Below, piece by piece: positions 1 through 13,883 of a DNA stretch of 33,366 bases. The first letter of the stretch is position 1. The number at the start of each line of letters is the position of its first letter. Both the position numbers and the translations under genes were made by a program. The notes beneath the pieces were generated by a model. It saw only the letters and a list, made by a program, of their open reading frames with translations. It was not told the DNA's origin and did not search any database. Source of the stretch: Conidiobolus incongruus B7586 (taxonomy: Eukaryota); NCBI GenBank assembly GCA_000697335.1, contig JNEM01013773.1, forward strand, positions 1 through 33,366, written 5' to 3'.

Positions 1-253
1 AAATATTTTTCAAATTTTAAAATTAATATTAATTTAATTTTTCAAAATTTATACTTTATTTATATAATTAAAATTCAATATTAAGTCAATATTTTTAAAC
101 TTATTATGTAATACATATGAGAGAATAAAATTTATTAAAATTAAAATTAATTAGTTAAAAATTCCTTAAATATTATTATATAAATTTTTATATGATAATT
201 CGTCCAATTTTATATTAAATAATTATTATTATCAGAATTATTAATAAAATAAA

Positions 254-1967
254 TTAAGACTTTATTAAATCGTAACCAGTTTTTAAAATTAAATAATTTA
301 AAGAACTGGGAGATATAAATCGATTGGAAATATATTGAATTAACTCATCTAGTCGTTTAATAATCTCTTTTTGATGAGATGGTTGGCACTTTGGATAAAT
401 GCTAAGATAATGAAACCCTGTTAAAAAGGTATAAAATTGACTCAGAGGATAGTAATCCGGAAATTCGACTATAAGTTTGAATAAGAGGTGACAATGATTT
501 AATACCTTTAATCGTTCTTTGGTTTCTAGTCCGTGGCGCTTGTTCTTCAATATCTCATACATTTCTAGCATGAATTCATGATAGGAAAGTTTGAGCTGGA
601 ATTCATAGTGGGATATTTTAGATTGAAACTGTTTTGATTTAGTTTTTAAACTTTGGAAAATTTCTATGCATTTGATAAAACAGTAAGTAGCTTCTCGAAT
701 ACTGATATTCCATTCGGTTTCAATTGATGACTCTTCAAACTTATTATTACATAAACTCCAAAAAATGCGAGAACATTGATCATTCAGAATTGTTAATTCG
801 GTGCTACATATGGAATATACATAATTTTCATTTGAATCTGAAAAATAAATGATGCTATTGGAATCTGGAGTTTGCCAATGAGCTTGAAATATGCTTAAAT
901 CTGATTCGCCAAATTCAGCCATAAAAGTGGGTGTAAACTTACGGAATCGACTATAGCTCGTGTTTCTCGATCGCACTTTAGAAAATAATAGTCGTCGATT
1001 ATATCGATCGATAGGAGAAAGATGAGAACAGTTCAAATGAAGTCCCAATGCGTAGCACATTCGGGTGGCATGAGCTTGACAAAAATTGGATAGCTGTAGA
1101 TTCCCTTTATTATAGAGCACCGAGCTATATATTACTAATGCTTGAATATTGGGAAGACTGATCTTTTTCACAATTTTTTTAATATTATTTTGTGCATATG
1201 TGTCCATATAAGATATCAGATCTTCAGTATTTTCTGATCTAAATTGAAAGGCAGAGTAATAAATTGCAGAAAGTAGAGATTGTGAAGCAGTTTTAGGATC
1301 AAAAGATTTAATACTGAAGTAAGGGTATAATGGATGAACTTCTTTAAAATAAGTTTCAATTAAACTATCCCAAAAACTTGCTTGACATAAAAGCTGAAGT
1401 GGACGTGCGAATGGAATTGGTAAATAATATTTAGGTAGAGGGCATTGAGCAGGTAATTCTAAACTTCTTTTTTCTATAAATTTTTGAAATTTAGGAATGT
1501 TTTGTATTTCTGTAGAGCATGATAAAAGAAAGTATGAGTGACTGAGATGTTCAGATGATATTATAAAGGTAGTAAATTCTGTAAAGTCACTAAATTGATC
1601 CCAGGTTGGTAAATTAAAAAGGAATTCTTGTGAAGAATTTCCAGTAATAATTAAACACTGTTTTGCGTTGAAAGTTTGAATATATTTAGAATTATCTAAA
1701 TCAATAATAAATTAGGTCGTTAAATAATTAAATAAAAATGTTCATACCTATTGTATGGCTAAATGCATTTAATAAAACCCTTGAAGACTTGACCTTCTCT
1801 TTACTACTTTTAAATTTATAAGAATATATTTTACAGTCATTATCTTCCACTTTATTTTTCATCGTTTTGGGTTTACAATTCTTACAATAGATAGCGTTTA
1901 ATTTTATCATTTCTATTTTACATATTATACAAAGCTTATATTGAACCATTTGTTCTTTTATCTTCAT
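254..1967 (-). CDS. Fungal-specific transcription factor domain (Fungal_trans/middle-homology-like) protein, copy 1; complement(join(254..1695,1748..1967)), 553 aa
   Basis: ORF 1728..1967 joins ORF 254..1207 through a 52-nt intron (1747..1696: GTATGA donor, CTAAT branch, TAG acceptor). I translated 1695..1208 by hand and it is open and collinear with copy 2 (LFNLPTWDQFSDF..., FWDSLIETYFKEVHPLYPYF, LLSAIYY, IQALVIYS, ATRMCYALGLHL). Spliced length 1662 nt = 554 codons. YF..HP..P, QAL and ALGLH are hallmarks of the Fungal_trans domain. Confidence 0.85.
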
Positions 1968-2074
1968 TTTAGTTTATATGGATAATAAAGAATCAGTTAT
2001 TGTATGGTATAATTAATTATGATCAAAGTATTTTAAGAAAATATACTTAATGAAAAATGTGTTATTATTTTAAG

Positions 2075-2420
2075 ATCTGATAATTTATTTATTAATTGTG
2101 GTATATGACTTGTTATAGTATTTTACACTTATTAAACACGTTTCTCAAATATATAATTCCTCTAATTTTGCCAAATTTAAATAAATGAGTTTGTTTATGG
2201 GTTTGAGTAAAAGTATCAAACAAATTTTAAAATATAAGAATATTTGGAGGTTATAGCTTATTCATATATTGTTAATATTTACTATTGAAATAAATGAGAA
2301 AATATGTCTATATTCATTTATTTCGAATCTAATGGAATATTACTTTAATAATTTATCAGATATTATCAGATATTATCATTAATTAATCACTACATATTAA
2401 CTGGATTTTATTTATCAGAT
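2075..2420. promoter_or_regulatory. Cluster of four ATCTGATAA (ATCWGATAA-type) GATA boxes upstream of TF copy 1
   Basis: Exact ATCTGATAA at 2075-2083 (+) and its reverse complement TTATCAGAT at 2353-2361, 2363-2371 and 2412-2420, all 110-450 bp upstream of the ATG at 1967. The function is inferred. Confidence 0.45.
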
Positions 2421-4563
2421 TTTCTCACAATTCAAAACAAATCAAATACATTAAAGGTTTTATTTATTAAGATATAAGAAATTTATATTATCCTAATTTT
2501 CAATTTATTTTTAATATATTCAAAAATTAAGTATTTAAATGAATATTTTGGTTTTATTTATATATTGATTAATTCAATACTAACCATGGAGATATTGTAT
2601 ATATTTTCATTTCAATTTATTATTGAAAGATTTGTCAATAACAATAGTTTATTTTTAGCATAAGTATATTAAATCAGTGAATAAAATTTGATTGTGAAAG
2701 TTTATTATAATCAAATTTAAAATAAAATTTTAAAAATACCAGTAGACTCATCAATGTTAAAATAAACCATTTTTATCAGTTATTCTGCCATAAGAATATA
2801 CGCTAATAACTTTTTAACAAATCGGTTTTAATACTACAAAATAATTCACATTATTATAATTACTGTTATCAAAATTGTACATTAATCAATAATTTGATAA
2901 TTGGGATATAATTCGAATCACATTAATTATGATATACAACCATCCTATATTAATATTTATTATATACTTTAAAATTCTATATTGTAAATTTATAAAAATA
3001 TGAATTAACTTAAATATGTTAAATTTATAATATCAATATATTTGGAATATGAAATAATAAGCTTTCTATCAATTTAATTATTATGTAGCATATATCAACG
3101 TCAAGACTATAAAATATCAATATTTGATCCAAAACAAATAGTTGAATAGAATTAATAAAGCAAAGTTTATTTGAGTCACGATGATTTGGAAAAGTAAACT
3201 TAATGTAATATATTTATAAAAATTTACAAATAGCTTTTATTATTAAATTTAAAATATGATAGTTGAGCAAATTAGGTGCGAATAATATATAATATACTTG
3301 ATTAAAATAAAAATATTTTTATCAAATGGATAACAATGCAAAGTGAATTGTATAATGTGGACTTGTTCAAAAAAATTATGTATATCCTGCATTATCTCCT
3401 GCTTTGTATTATCAAAAATATTTAAAATGATTAACGATATAATATATAATCATATTGGTCTAACAATATTTTTTTCATTTTCAAATATATCAACCAATGA
3501 TCATATATTATAAAATTTGTTCTTTTTATTCAGTAAAATATATTTTATAAAATGAGGAATGTTGGAAAACCATTTAGATATGAGTATACTATAAATTTGA
3601 TTTTGGAAATCCTTTAAAATATAATATTAAATAGCTTGATTATGTTTAATTGTACTAGAAGTATAAAATAAAATAAAATAATATAGATTGAAAATAAATT
3701 CAAATACTTTAAATCAATTATCAATTTAATATGATGAATGGTTAATTTGATAAAATATAAAACTCTATTTAATACTAGAATATAAAAATAAAACACAATA
3801 GTGAAAAGGAATATTAGAAAGATTGACCATTGATATCAGTATAATGATCTTAATATTTTTCACATCTTTAAAAATCAATTATTTACAAAGATATATAAAT
3901 ATATTGATTGAAAATAAAAAAATAAAAGAATATAAAATTAACATTTAAGGGCAAATTAAAAATAGATGAATAAATATAAAAATATAATGTAAGTAATGTA
4001 TAAATAGTGATATTAAAATGAACTCATTTAATTGTAAGACTGTCCGAATACTTTAATCCAGTATAATTTATTATCAATATAAATTATTATCATAAATTTA
4101 AGGAATATCAATTATAGCTTTTATTATAATATAAATTAATGGTTAGTAAAATCTATATCAATTTAAATACTAATCATTTTGTAAAAATATAAATTAAAAT
4201 TTTAAAAAATTTAGTTATTAATTATAAAATGATACTCTATAAATGTGTAGTACTCGATTTCTCAATTGATTCCATAAAATATTCTTATTAAATTTTCTAT
4301 CATTATTATAATAAAAATTGAAAATAATAAATTGACAACTAAAATTTTAAGTATTACATTAAATTGTGTCAAGCTATTATTTTTAATATCAATCATAAAT
4401 GATAACTTGAAATTTTCTATATAATAATGATAATTAGGTCAAAATGTTTGTTAAGGCCATAGTCTGTTAAAATTTGAATTTTAAATCAAAGCATTGTTTT
4501 CACTTAAACTTATTTTCAAAATAAATATTTATTAATTATATATATATTATTAATTATAATTAT

Positions 4564-6280
4564 TTAAGATTTTAAAGATTCATATCCAGTTTTCAAAATT
4601 AAGAAATTAAGGGCATTAGACAAATGAAACGTTCTTGAAATATAAGCAAAGATCTCATCCAGTCGATGTTTGATGTCTTTTTTCTGAGATGGACTGCATT
4701 TTGGATAAATATTAAGATAGTGGAAACCAACTAAAAATGTTAAAAATTGACTAAGTGGATTGGAATCTCCGAAATCAATGACTGCTTCAAATAAAAAATG
4801 ACAGTGATCTAATATTTTAACTATTTGATCTGTCTCAAGTCTCTTGAATTTGTTTTTCAATACGTCGTACATTTCTAACATTACTTCGTGGTATATCATC
4901 TTCACTTGGAATTGATACCCAGATATTTTAGATTGATATTGAGGGAATCGAGCTTTTAGAGTTTGAAAAACATCAAGACATGTTTTATGTTTAAGGGAAA
5001 TTCCTTGATAACTCTTGTTCCATTCCCTTTTAAATGAAGAATAATTGGCCCTATTTATATAGGAATTCCAAATCATATTAGCACATTCATCATTAAGTTT
5101 GGCCAATTCTGTACTACATACTGAATAGATGTAATTTTCATCTGGATTGGAATATTTAAATATTGTATTTGAATTTGGTATTTGCCATTTGGGTAGAAAT
5201 GTGCTCAGATCAGATTCACCAAACTCAGTGATATAGCTAGGTGTAGAATTATGAAAACCACACAAACCAATATTGACTGATCTTATTCTGGCAAAGAGAA
5301 GCTTTCGATTGTATCGATCTATAGGAGATAAGTTTTTACAATCCAAATGCAATCCCAAGGCATAGCTCATTCGAGTGGCATGTGCTTTACAGCTGTGGGC
5401 GAGGGTAAAGTTACCTTCCATATGAAAAAGAGATGAATAGATAATTAATGCTTGTGTATTGGATACATTGACTGTTTTGACCATCTTTCTAACGTTACGA
5501 TTAGCGTAGCTCTGCATATATGATACTAATTCCATTGGTTTTTCGCTTAAAAATTGGAATCCGCAGTAGTAAATGGCCGAAAGTAAAGACTGAGAAGCTG
5601 AACTTGGATCAAAACTGCTAATACTAAATACTGGAGATGTTGGATGAAATTCTCTGAAATAACTAATAATTAAACTTTTCCAAAAATTAGCCTGATATAA
5701 AAGTTGGAAAGGACGCGCGAGAGGAACAGGAAAATAAAGTTTGGATATAGTACATAGGGGAGGGAATTCGTTGTTTCGATTTTCAATTATTTTTTGAAAT
5801 TTGGGAATATTTTGTATCTCGGAAGAGCAAGATAAAAGAAAGTGAGAGAAGCTAAGTTGGTCAGTTTTAATAATATAGGTTGTGAATTCTTCAAAATTAC
5901 TAAATTGTTCCCAAGTTGGCATATTAAATAGTTGTTGATGTGACTTATTTCCATAAAATGTCAAACCTCTTTCTGGATTAGGATCAGTGATACATAGCGA
6001 ATTTTCTAACCTCAAAATAAGTATTAAAATTTATAATACAAATACTGATTTTACCGATTTTAGAGATGGAAGTGTTTAGTAAAATCCTTGACGAAATTAT
6101 TTGTTTGTTGTTATTCTTAAATTGATAAAAATAGAGCTTGGGGACATTATCTTTAATGCCGGTTTTATTTACTATTCTTTTAGGTTTACAATATTTACAA
6201 TTAGATTCTGAAAATCTAACCAATCCCTTATTACAAGTTATGCATAGTTTATACTGGACAATATTATTATTAAAACTCAT
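4564..6280 (-). CDS. Fungal-specific transcription factor domain protein, copy 2; complement(join(4564..6005,6055..6280)), 555 aa
   Basis: ORFs 5984..6280 and 4564..6015 join through a 49-nt phase-1 intron (6054..6006, GTAAAA...TAG) at the same position as in copy 1. Exon 2 is 1442 nt in both copies. Motifs include YFREFHPTSPVF, TQALIIYS and ATRMSYALGLHLD. Confidence 0.87.
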
Positions 6281-7290
6281 TTCAATTTATAGAAATCTTA
6301 TATTACTAATAAAATTGTTTTTTATTATAATCAATATCAAATCTATAAGAATATTATAATTTATTTACGCAATATTAATTACAATGAAAATAGTTATTAA
6401 ATTCTGAGTGGATTAAGTAGGTCAAATACTAAATATATACTAAATTCTCTCAATTTATGGGATTTTTGATTTTAATGAATTAATGTTTTGAATTCTCATT
6501 GTTATTGTGTTTCTTTTGAATATTTGAATATTTAATTCATTTATATCATTTGCAATTATTAGAAAATATTAGAATGAAATAATAAATACTTGAAACAAGT
6601 TATTTTTTCATTTGTATATTTAATGAGTACACAGTATTAATTTTATTATTCTTGTGTTCACAAAACAATCAGGTTCAGCCTGTTTGTGTTTTGAATTTGA
6701 TTTCTTTAATAGATTCAAATATCATATCTATATAATTCATTAGCCATAGATACAAAAAATGAGTGATAAGATTATTAAGTAGTTTAAATTACCTATTATC
6801 ATAATAACAGTAATTCGAATATAAATTTTGAAATTGTATTTATTTTGACTCATTAAAAATACATACTGCAAAAATATAATATCTACTATTAGTTTTGATT
6901 TGATCATTTATTTTAGATTTGAATAATTCTCAGAATTTATATTTTATTTTATTAAACTTAGAATTTATCAAATTTAAGTTCTAAATAAATATTATAAATA
7001 TTACAAATATTGCAAATATTTATTAAATAATGACAAAATTAACTTAACATATCGTGCTCCATGAGCAATATATCGTTGATTATAATATTGTAGATAATTA
7101 ACTTATAATTAAGAATATAATCTTTATCGAGTAAATATCAAATGATAAGATTCCAAACTATGCAAAAAATGTTTAACAAAAACACAATGAATTGTCTTGT
7201 GAAATTGGAGTTTTATATTATATAATGGAATAATAAGTATATCTGATATATATATGAATAAGAGTCATATCACAGAAAACTGATTATGAT

Positions 7291-8967
7291 TTAATTTTGA
7301 TTCATTCATTTTAAGTATTTAAAATTAAAAAAAATTAGAGAACTAAATGGAAAAAATCGATTAGAAATATGTCGAATAACTTCTTCTAATCTGTCTATGA
7401 TTTCATGCTCTTGGGATGCATTACATATTGTGTAAACACTGAGATATTAAAGGCCCACAAAAAAGATAAAGAACTGGTTGAGTCGATTTAAATCCAGAAT
7501 TCCAACATCAAATTTGAGCAGGTGATGGCAATGATCTAATACTGTAATAAGGTGTTCTGGTTCGAAATCCTCCTGTTTATTTTTTAATATGTCATACATT
7601 GCTAACATAAATTCATGATATAGCATAGTCACTTGAAATTCGTATTCCGATATCCTAGATTGAAATTCCTGGAATTTTACCTTTTAGAGATTAAAAAATT
7701 TCAATACATTTGATAAAATAAGAGATATCTCGATGACTTTTTTTCTGCTCCTTTTTGAAAGGTTAATTTCCAACCTTATTAATTCAAGAACTACAAATAT
7801 TATAGTTAGATACATCATTAAACTTGGAAAATTCTACACTGCATGCAGGTTAGATAAAATTTTCATTTGGATTGAAATAATATATTATGCAATTAGAATC
7901 AGGAGTTTGCCACTTTGTCTGGAATGCATGCAGGTTTAATTCTCCCAACTCGGTTTATAATTAGGGGAAGAGTTATGAAGTCCAGAAAATCCAAAATTAG
8001 ATCATCTGATCTTAGAGAAGAGTACTTTTCGACTGTATTGCTCAATTGAAGAAAGACGCTTCTGGTCCAAATATATTTCTAATGCCTAGCCTATTCGGGT
8101 TGCATGTGCTTGACACGTATTGGCAAAACTTATATTCCCTTGTAAATGATATAAAGTAGCTTAAATGATCAATGCTTGTGCACTAGATGCAATGACTGTT
8201 TTAATCATGTTTTTAATGTTCTTCTTGATATGATTTTTCATGTATGATGAAAGCTCTTCAAGTTGTTCGGATTAAAACTTAACACCAGAATAGTAGATAG
8301 CGAAGAGTAATATCTAAGGAGCTTTTTCAGGATCAAACAATTTAATTTCAAATACTGAGTTTAGTGGATGGAGTTTCCTTAAATATATCTTCATTAAATT
8401 TTATTAGTGGCTAGCCTGATATAAATGATGGTGACGGCATGCAAGCGGATTGGTAGAATGAGATTGATATACTTCATAAGGATGATTGAATAGATGACTT
8501 CTATTATTGATGTATCTTTGATATTTTTGAGTATTCTATATCCTTGAAGACCATGATAAAATAAAACAAGAATAGCTAATCTTCAAAGTTACTAAATCGA
8601 TCCTAAGTGATCAAGTCGAAAAGTTGTTTCTGCTTTGTATTAGAAATATGAATAAACTTTTTTCTATGTCAAGATTTTGAATATACAGTTAAGTTTCTAA
8701 AATGAAATTATTTATTCCAATTGAAATTAATACATAAGCAGCTAATAGTACCTGTGATGAGATTAAAACAATTTGAGATACCTCTTAGAGAGCTAGAGTG
8801 ATTTGTATTATTAGCTTTATATAAAAATATATTACCCTTGGTAACAATAATCAGTTTGGATTTTTTCTTTATTTTAAAATATATACAATAATTATCTAAC
8901 AGTTTAATTAATCAAGTATTACATTTATACAGACATAATACTGTACAATATCAGTTTTATAACTCCT
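7291..8967 (-). pseudogene. Pseudogene, third copy of the Fungal_trans-like family
   Basis: Collinear with copies 1 and 2 but disabled. The start is ATG>AGG at 8967 (AGG AGT TAT AAA ACT GAT ATT GTA CAG, versus MSFNNNIVQ in copy 2). There is a frameshift in the first CxxC and in-frame stops such as QALII*ATLYHLQGN (~8162) and TRIG*ALEIYLD (~8087). The ORF fragment 7447..7632 (YHEFMLAMYDILKNK...LDHCH) matches the paralogs' C-terminal part. Confidence 0.85.
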
Positions 8968-11900
8968 ATTCTTTGAATAGATTTTTGTTAAAGTGTGTAA
9001 AGGAACTGTAACTTCATTTCGGTATTAAAATTCAATTGATGGTCAAGTATTCTAATAGATTCAATGAAGCAAATTGATAAAATCTGTTATTAATCTGGAT
9101 TTTTAATTTGTATTTAATTTTCTTTAACAATATTTTTAATATTTTGAATATTGTGATCTTTTGATATTGAATATATGTTGAATTTCACATTAATACCATA
9201 GTGTATCCCATACAAAAATAATCATTTAAAGGATAGTTCAATTATTATAATACATAATTAGAAGTATCAAGATGAAAATCTTTTGTTAATAATATGGTTC
9301 ATGTTAGCTTTTTATATCATATAATTGAATTTGATTAATAAATATAATTTTAATTTTTTAACTCAGCATCTGAGTCCAAAATAAGAATATATATTATGAT
9401 TTTAGTTTTGTAATTATATTAAATTATCTAAACTTATTCAATAAACCTTAATTCTTTTTAATTGTTACTATAATTTTGTTTATTTTAACTAATCGAACTC
9501 GAAGGCGTAACCGATTCAAACAGTTAGTAGAGAATAGGAGTCAAGAAATAAATAACTAGTTAATAAACAATAAGTTTCTTTTAGATCACTATTCCTGTAT
9601 ATTTAATCAAAGGCTAATATAAGACTATCAAAATTCCCTCTTTATTAATATTCTAGAAATTTAATGGTAATGAGATCAAGAATAAAGAATGGGGTATTTA
9701 TATTTTAAATATTGAATGTTACACCTTTACACTATTGACATAATTTTTTGTATGAAAACATATTTATAATTAATAGTTCAGTTTAATTTTTTTACAATTT
9801 TATAAAAGGTTATATATTATCCTTATCCATATCAATAATATATGATATTAAAGATTAAAGATCTGGAAATTTTAAAAATTAAGATATTTGGTTTGATTTA
9901 GAAGTTTGATTTTGGATATTTATTAAGATTATATGAGGAAAATACCTTTGAACTATAATAATAATAATATAGGACTCAAACTATATTAAAGAGATATTTG
10001 ACCAAGCTTTCAAAAACAATAGTCTAATAATATTTCATATTTTTATTACAAATACTAGTATTTAGTATTACTTGGTATAATTACAGCTTTGGTTTGAGAA
10101 TTCTTAACACTGAATCAAAATTGATTTTAACTTAATAGATCAGTTTCTAAATGAAAAAAATAGGTTATTTTAAATTATTATTGTTTTATTTGGCTTAATG
10201 AGAATTAAAAAAACTTAGGTTTATCAATTTAATATTATCTGAGACAAGTCCTTTACTTGTTAAAGAATTTAACACGTAATTTGATGGAAGAAATAAATAT
10301 TTATACTGGAAGCTTTGACCTAATTTTAAAGCATTTTAAATAGCGAATGTTTCAATTGCGTATTTGTTTATAAATAACACAATTGATCAAATTTTGAAAT
10401 AACATATTAAGGAATTATTATGATATTTTTTACACTCCAATATAGTTATTAAAATATAATTTTCAATTTTTACTTATATTCCTAATTATTAATTTGGTAA
10501 CTAAAATTAATACTTTTTGGTTAATATTTGAATTCTTTATAATATTTTCAAGTTTTGAAAATTAATGAAAAGCCGGTTCTTGAATTTCTTACTAAATTTT
10601 ATGTTATATGTTTACTATTCAATCAGTCATAAATTTATATTTGAATTTTATCCAAATTTCTGATTTTTATCAAATTTTATTCAAATAAATTATTTGAATA
10701 TGAAAAATGAATATGTTTTTGTTATTTCTCTATTAACTCAGTTAATTTCATTCAAATACTCTCATGTTTGATATTCTTCACAATGGTTTATTATCTTTAA
10801 TTGTTGAATTGAGCCATTTTACTACATAATTGTTTTATTATTTAAAGTATTCCTATGCATTTCTAAGGTACACTATCATAATTATTATTGCTGCATTTAA
10901 GTTACAGAATTATTCAGTATATTTTTCCCAATCCAATATCATTTAAGCTTTCATTAAAGTATATACGTTTATTGTTAAATTTCAATTTATGATATATCTA
11001 AGGATTCAAAGTTTTAATGAAAACATTTTTTAAATATAATAATCACTGTTGGAGTTGATTTAACAAATACCACCTCACAAACTATTGTTATAAAAATATA
11101 TATTTTAATCTCAAGTTATTTTTGAATTATAGGTTTAAATATTCAAAGTAATTAGCTTCATACAATATATATTTATCTGTAATTGGGGACTATGGATTTG
11201 TCACAGTTGATAGTATTTTGTATGTCTTGTTTCCAAATCTAAGCATTCAGAATCAATATAGTAAAATATATCAGTAAAAATTGGTTTACTGTATCAACTA
11301 ATGAGATTTAATTTCTAATACCGTTTGGCGATTTCGATTAATTTCGTCAAATTTATTGATAGTTGTTTGAATGGATCCGAAATTCAACCTTTATATTCTC
11401 TAGACTTCAATTATTTTATTGATGTTATGTCATCACCATTATCGTGATCATCCAGAAATCAAAATCATATTCTTGCATTATTTTCTATTTTGACATCTTA
11501 ACAGACTTGGTGGACTGAATTTATCAGAATATACTCTTGACTATTCATTAAATATTATCACAAGATTTAAAAATTCAAAGCGTTTCAAAAAATATTATTA
11601 TAATGAATTTATTATAAAAACCCATCTGTTTACAAAATATCAAATATACTCAATTTGTTTGATTTAGTGAAAATATGAAATTCTGCATAATATATTCTGA
11701 ATGAGATTATTCAAAATCCATTGATTAATTAAATTTTATGATTCTACATTGCATTACTCAATATGAATCCTAAAATGGTCATAATTTAATGATGTTATAC
11801 AAATTATGCAATGCACAGCCAATTTTGAACAATATTTATAAATTTATTTTATATGATTTATTTTAAAGAATATTTTGTAATTGAATTTATAAAATAATAA

Positions 11901-13883
11901 TATTCACGTTAGAATTTAAATCTACCATGATTGTTAATCTTAAAAAATTTTGGTATAAAAACCCTCAAATAATTTTCTATTTTTTACTATAGAATCTGTA
12001 AATTCAAATTTCGTGATAAGAAGGTGTAAAACATGGCTCATATTAATTATATTGGCTATAGTTAATATATTAATAATAATTTTTAATTGAATATTTGGCT
12101 TTTGTATTATCTATTAATCAGAAAATTGGGTGTTATGGCCAATATTACATCTCACATGGCAATGGAATTTGATAAAAAGTTTACATATATAAAGATATAA
12201 CAATTTGATAATCTAATTTTTCAAATTTTCAATGAAATTTCCTAATGCTGAACATATATTTATCATTAGTCAAATTTGCATTAACTAGCTTAAATTTACT
12301 TGAATAAACAATGGTATAGAGATATAAAGGTATTAAAGAAAAATTAATATTTGCTATTTCCACTATAAATTTCAATACTATATTGGTGAAATATGTACTA
12401 TTGTAGATGTTGTCTAATTCTATATATCTAAATATAAATTATATTAATATTTAAAAGTGAGAGTAATAATTTAATTTTGATAGAGTTAATTTCTAACAGA
12501 GATAAGAATAAATAATTATAAATTTTTATATTTGTAAAACTATTAGGAAATCTAAAAATATTTTTCTGAAAAATATATAGTCATGAATATATAAACACCG
12601 ATGGATATAATGATTGTTTTCAACGAATAGTGAAATACTAAACTGTTAAGGTTAATACACTAATTAATAATTTAATTTAATAAACCTAGTTTGCAAAATG
12701 ATACTATTGATTGAATTATATTTTGGAAATTTCAGATAAACTTGTTTATAAGTTAAAAATATGCAATCATTCGAGATTTAAAAAATTGTCAAGTAAGAAG
12801 TATTTTGAAAATAATATAAACAGGATATCAAATTATAGAGGACTTGTTTACATATTAAATAAAGTTTTCTATTCATTTATGGGACGTTATTTCATTAGAT
12901 ATTCTATATTGTTTTTAAGTATTTTAAATAAGAATAAATTTATTAAATGAGAATAACAAATGTGGCAGAGTTGAAATGTTATAATTTACTGCTATTCGTC
13001 TAAATTTTTCCAATTAAAATTTATTTTCATCCTAATTTATAAATAGTTATATCATAATATGATACAAAGACACCATAATTTGCTAATTTATTCATATTTG
13101 AAATATTATATTTGAATTTTTCAAAAATTATTTAATTTCAATTCAGGTTAAAAACAAGTAAGAAATTATAAAACAATAATTTTCATAATATCTAGAGATT
13201 CAAATATTGTATAATTAAATATATGTTCCAACTAACTGGTTACAATTTCCTACATATTATTTAATAAAATAATCAATAGAATTGGAATAATAGCCGTAAT
13301 TTCGATTTTAATGAATATCTTATTATTTTTTATAAGTGTCAATTCAAGTTTTCAATCAATTGATAATTGTGAAATACCAGTCTGTTTTTAGCCAATTATG
13401 CTAATTTAGATTTAATTGATTGAGATAATTGATAAAGATTAGGAATTGAATGAAATTTTAAATGAGTTTGATGAATTTGAATATTACGTGAAACATGTGC
13501 CATGTATCAGAGTAAAAGTATTTGCGAATTGGCAGTTTGCACCAATTCTTCGTATCAAATATCCAATATTTATCTCCCTCTTCGGTTGACCTTCACTTGT
13601 ATTCAGATCCCAAATTGTAAACAATGCATCCACTTTAATTCTGTAAAATCTTGCATCAAAAAAGGAAATAAATTCCCTAAATTTCAAGTAATCAATTTGA
13701 TTCCATAGTACCATTCAGTTGAATTTACAATCTATTTAAATTCCCTACTTTTCCTCAATCTTCAACATTTTCTTTATCAAAATATCATTTTCTTCATTTC
13801 ATTAATTCTATTAATTTCATTCCCCATATTTCTCATTCATTCTTTTGAACTTTGTTTCCTTTTATCACTCACTTTTCTTTCAA

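Noticed and set aside
3172..3178. TGAGTCA AP-1/Gcn4-type site
   Set aside because: A single 7-mer about 1.2 kb from the nearest start codon; expected by chance.
3614..3796. 60-aa ORF, and similar ORFs at 12711..12950, 23325..23516, 30511..30696 and 32808..32993
   Set aside because: I/L/F/N/K/Y-rich chance ORFs of AT-rich DNA, mostly with non-ATG starts. The last is antisense to the transposase relic and 30511..30696 lies within FSH pseudogene E.
4040..4066. TGTCCGAATACTTTAATCCAGTATA, resembling a Tc1-type terminus
   Set aside because: No partner inverted repeat or transposase remnant found nearby.
6659..6693. Imperfect hairpin CAAAACAATCAGG-TTCAG-CCTGTTTGTGTTTTG, and small hairpins at ~7055-7067 and 9361-9375
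   Set aside because: Short isolated stems without a Helitron-type CTRR end, repetition or RNA-family motifs.
12000..12420. Mildly GC-enriched stretch with exon-like fragments
   Set aside because: No frame gave a recognisable peptide; it may be a decayed gene but I cannot support a call.
13484..13714. Overlapping short ORFs on both strands upstream of CDC4 (possible uORF)
   Set aside because: No recognisable motif or splice support; more likely CDC4 promoter or 5' UTR sequence.
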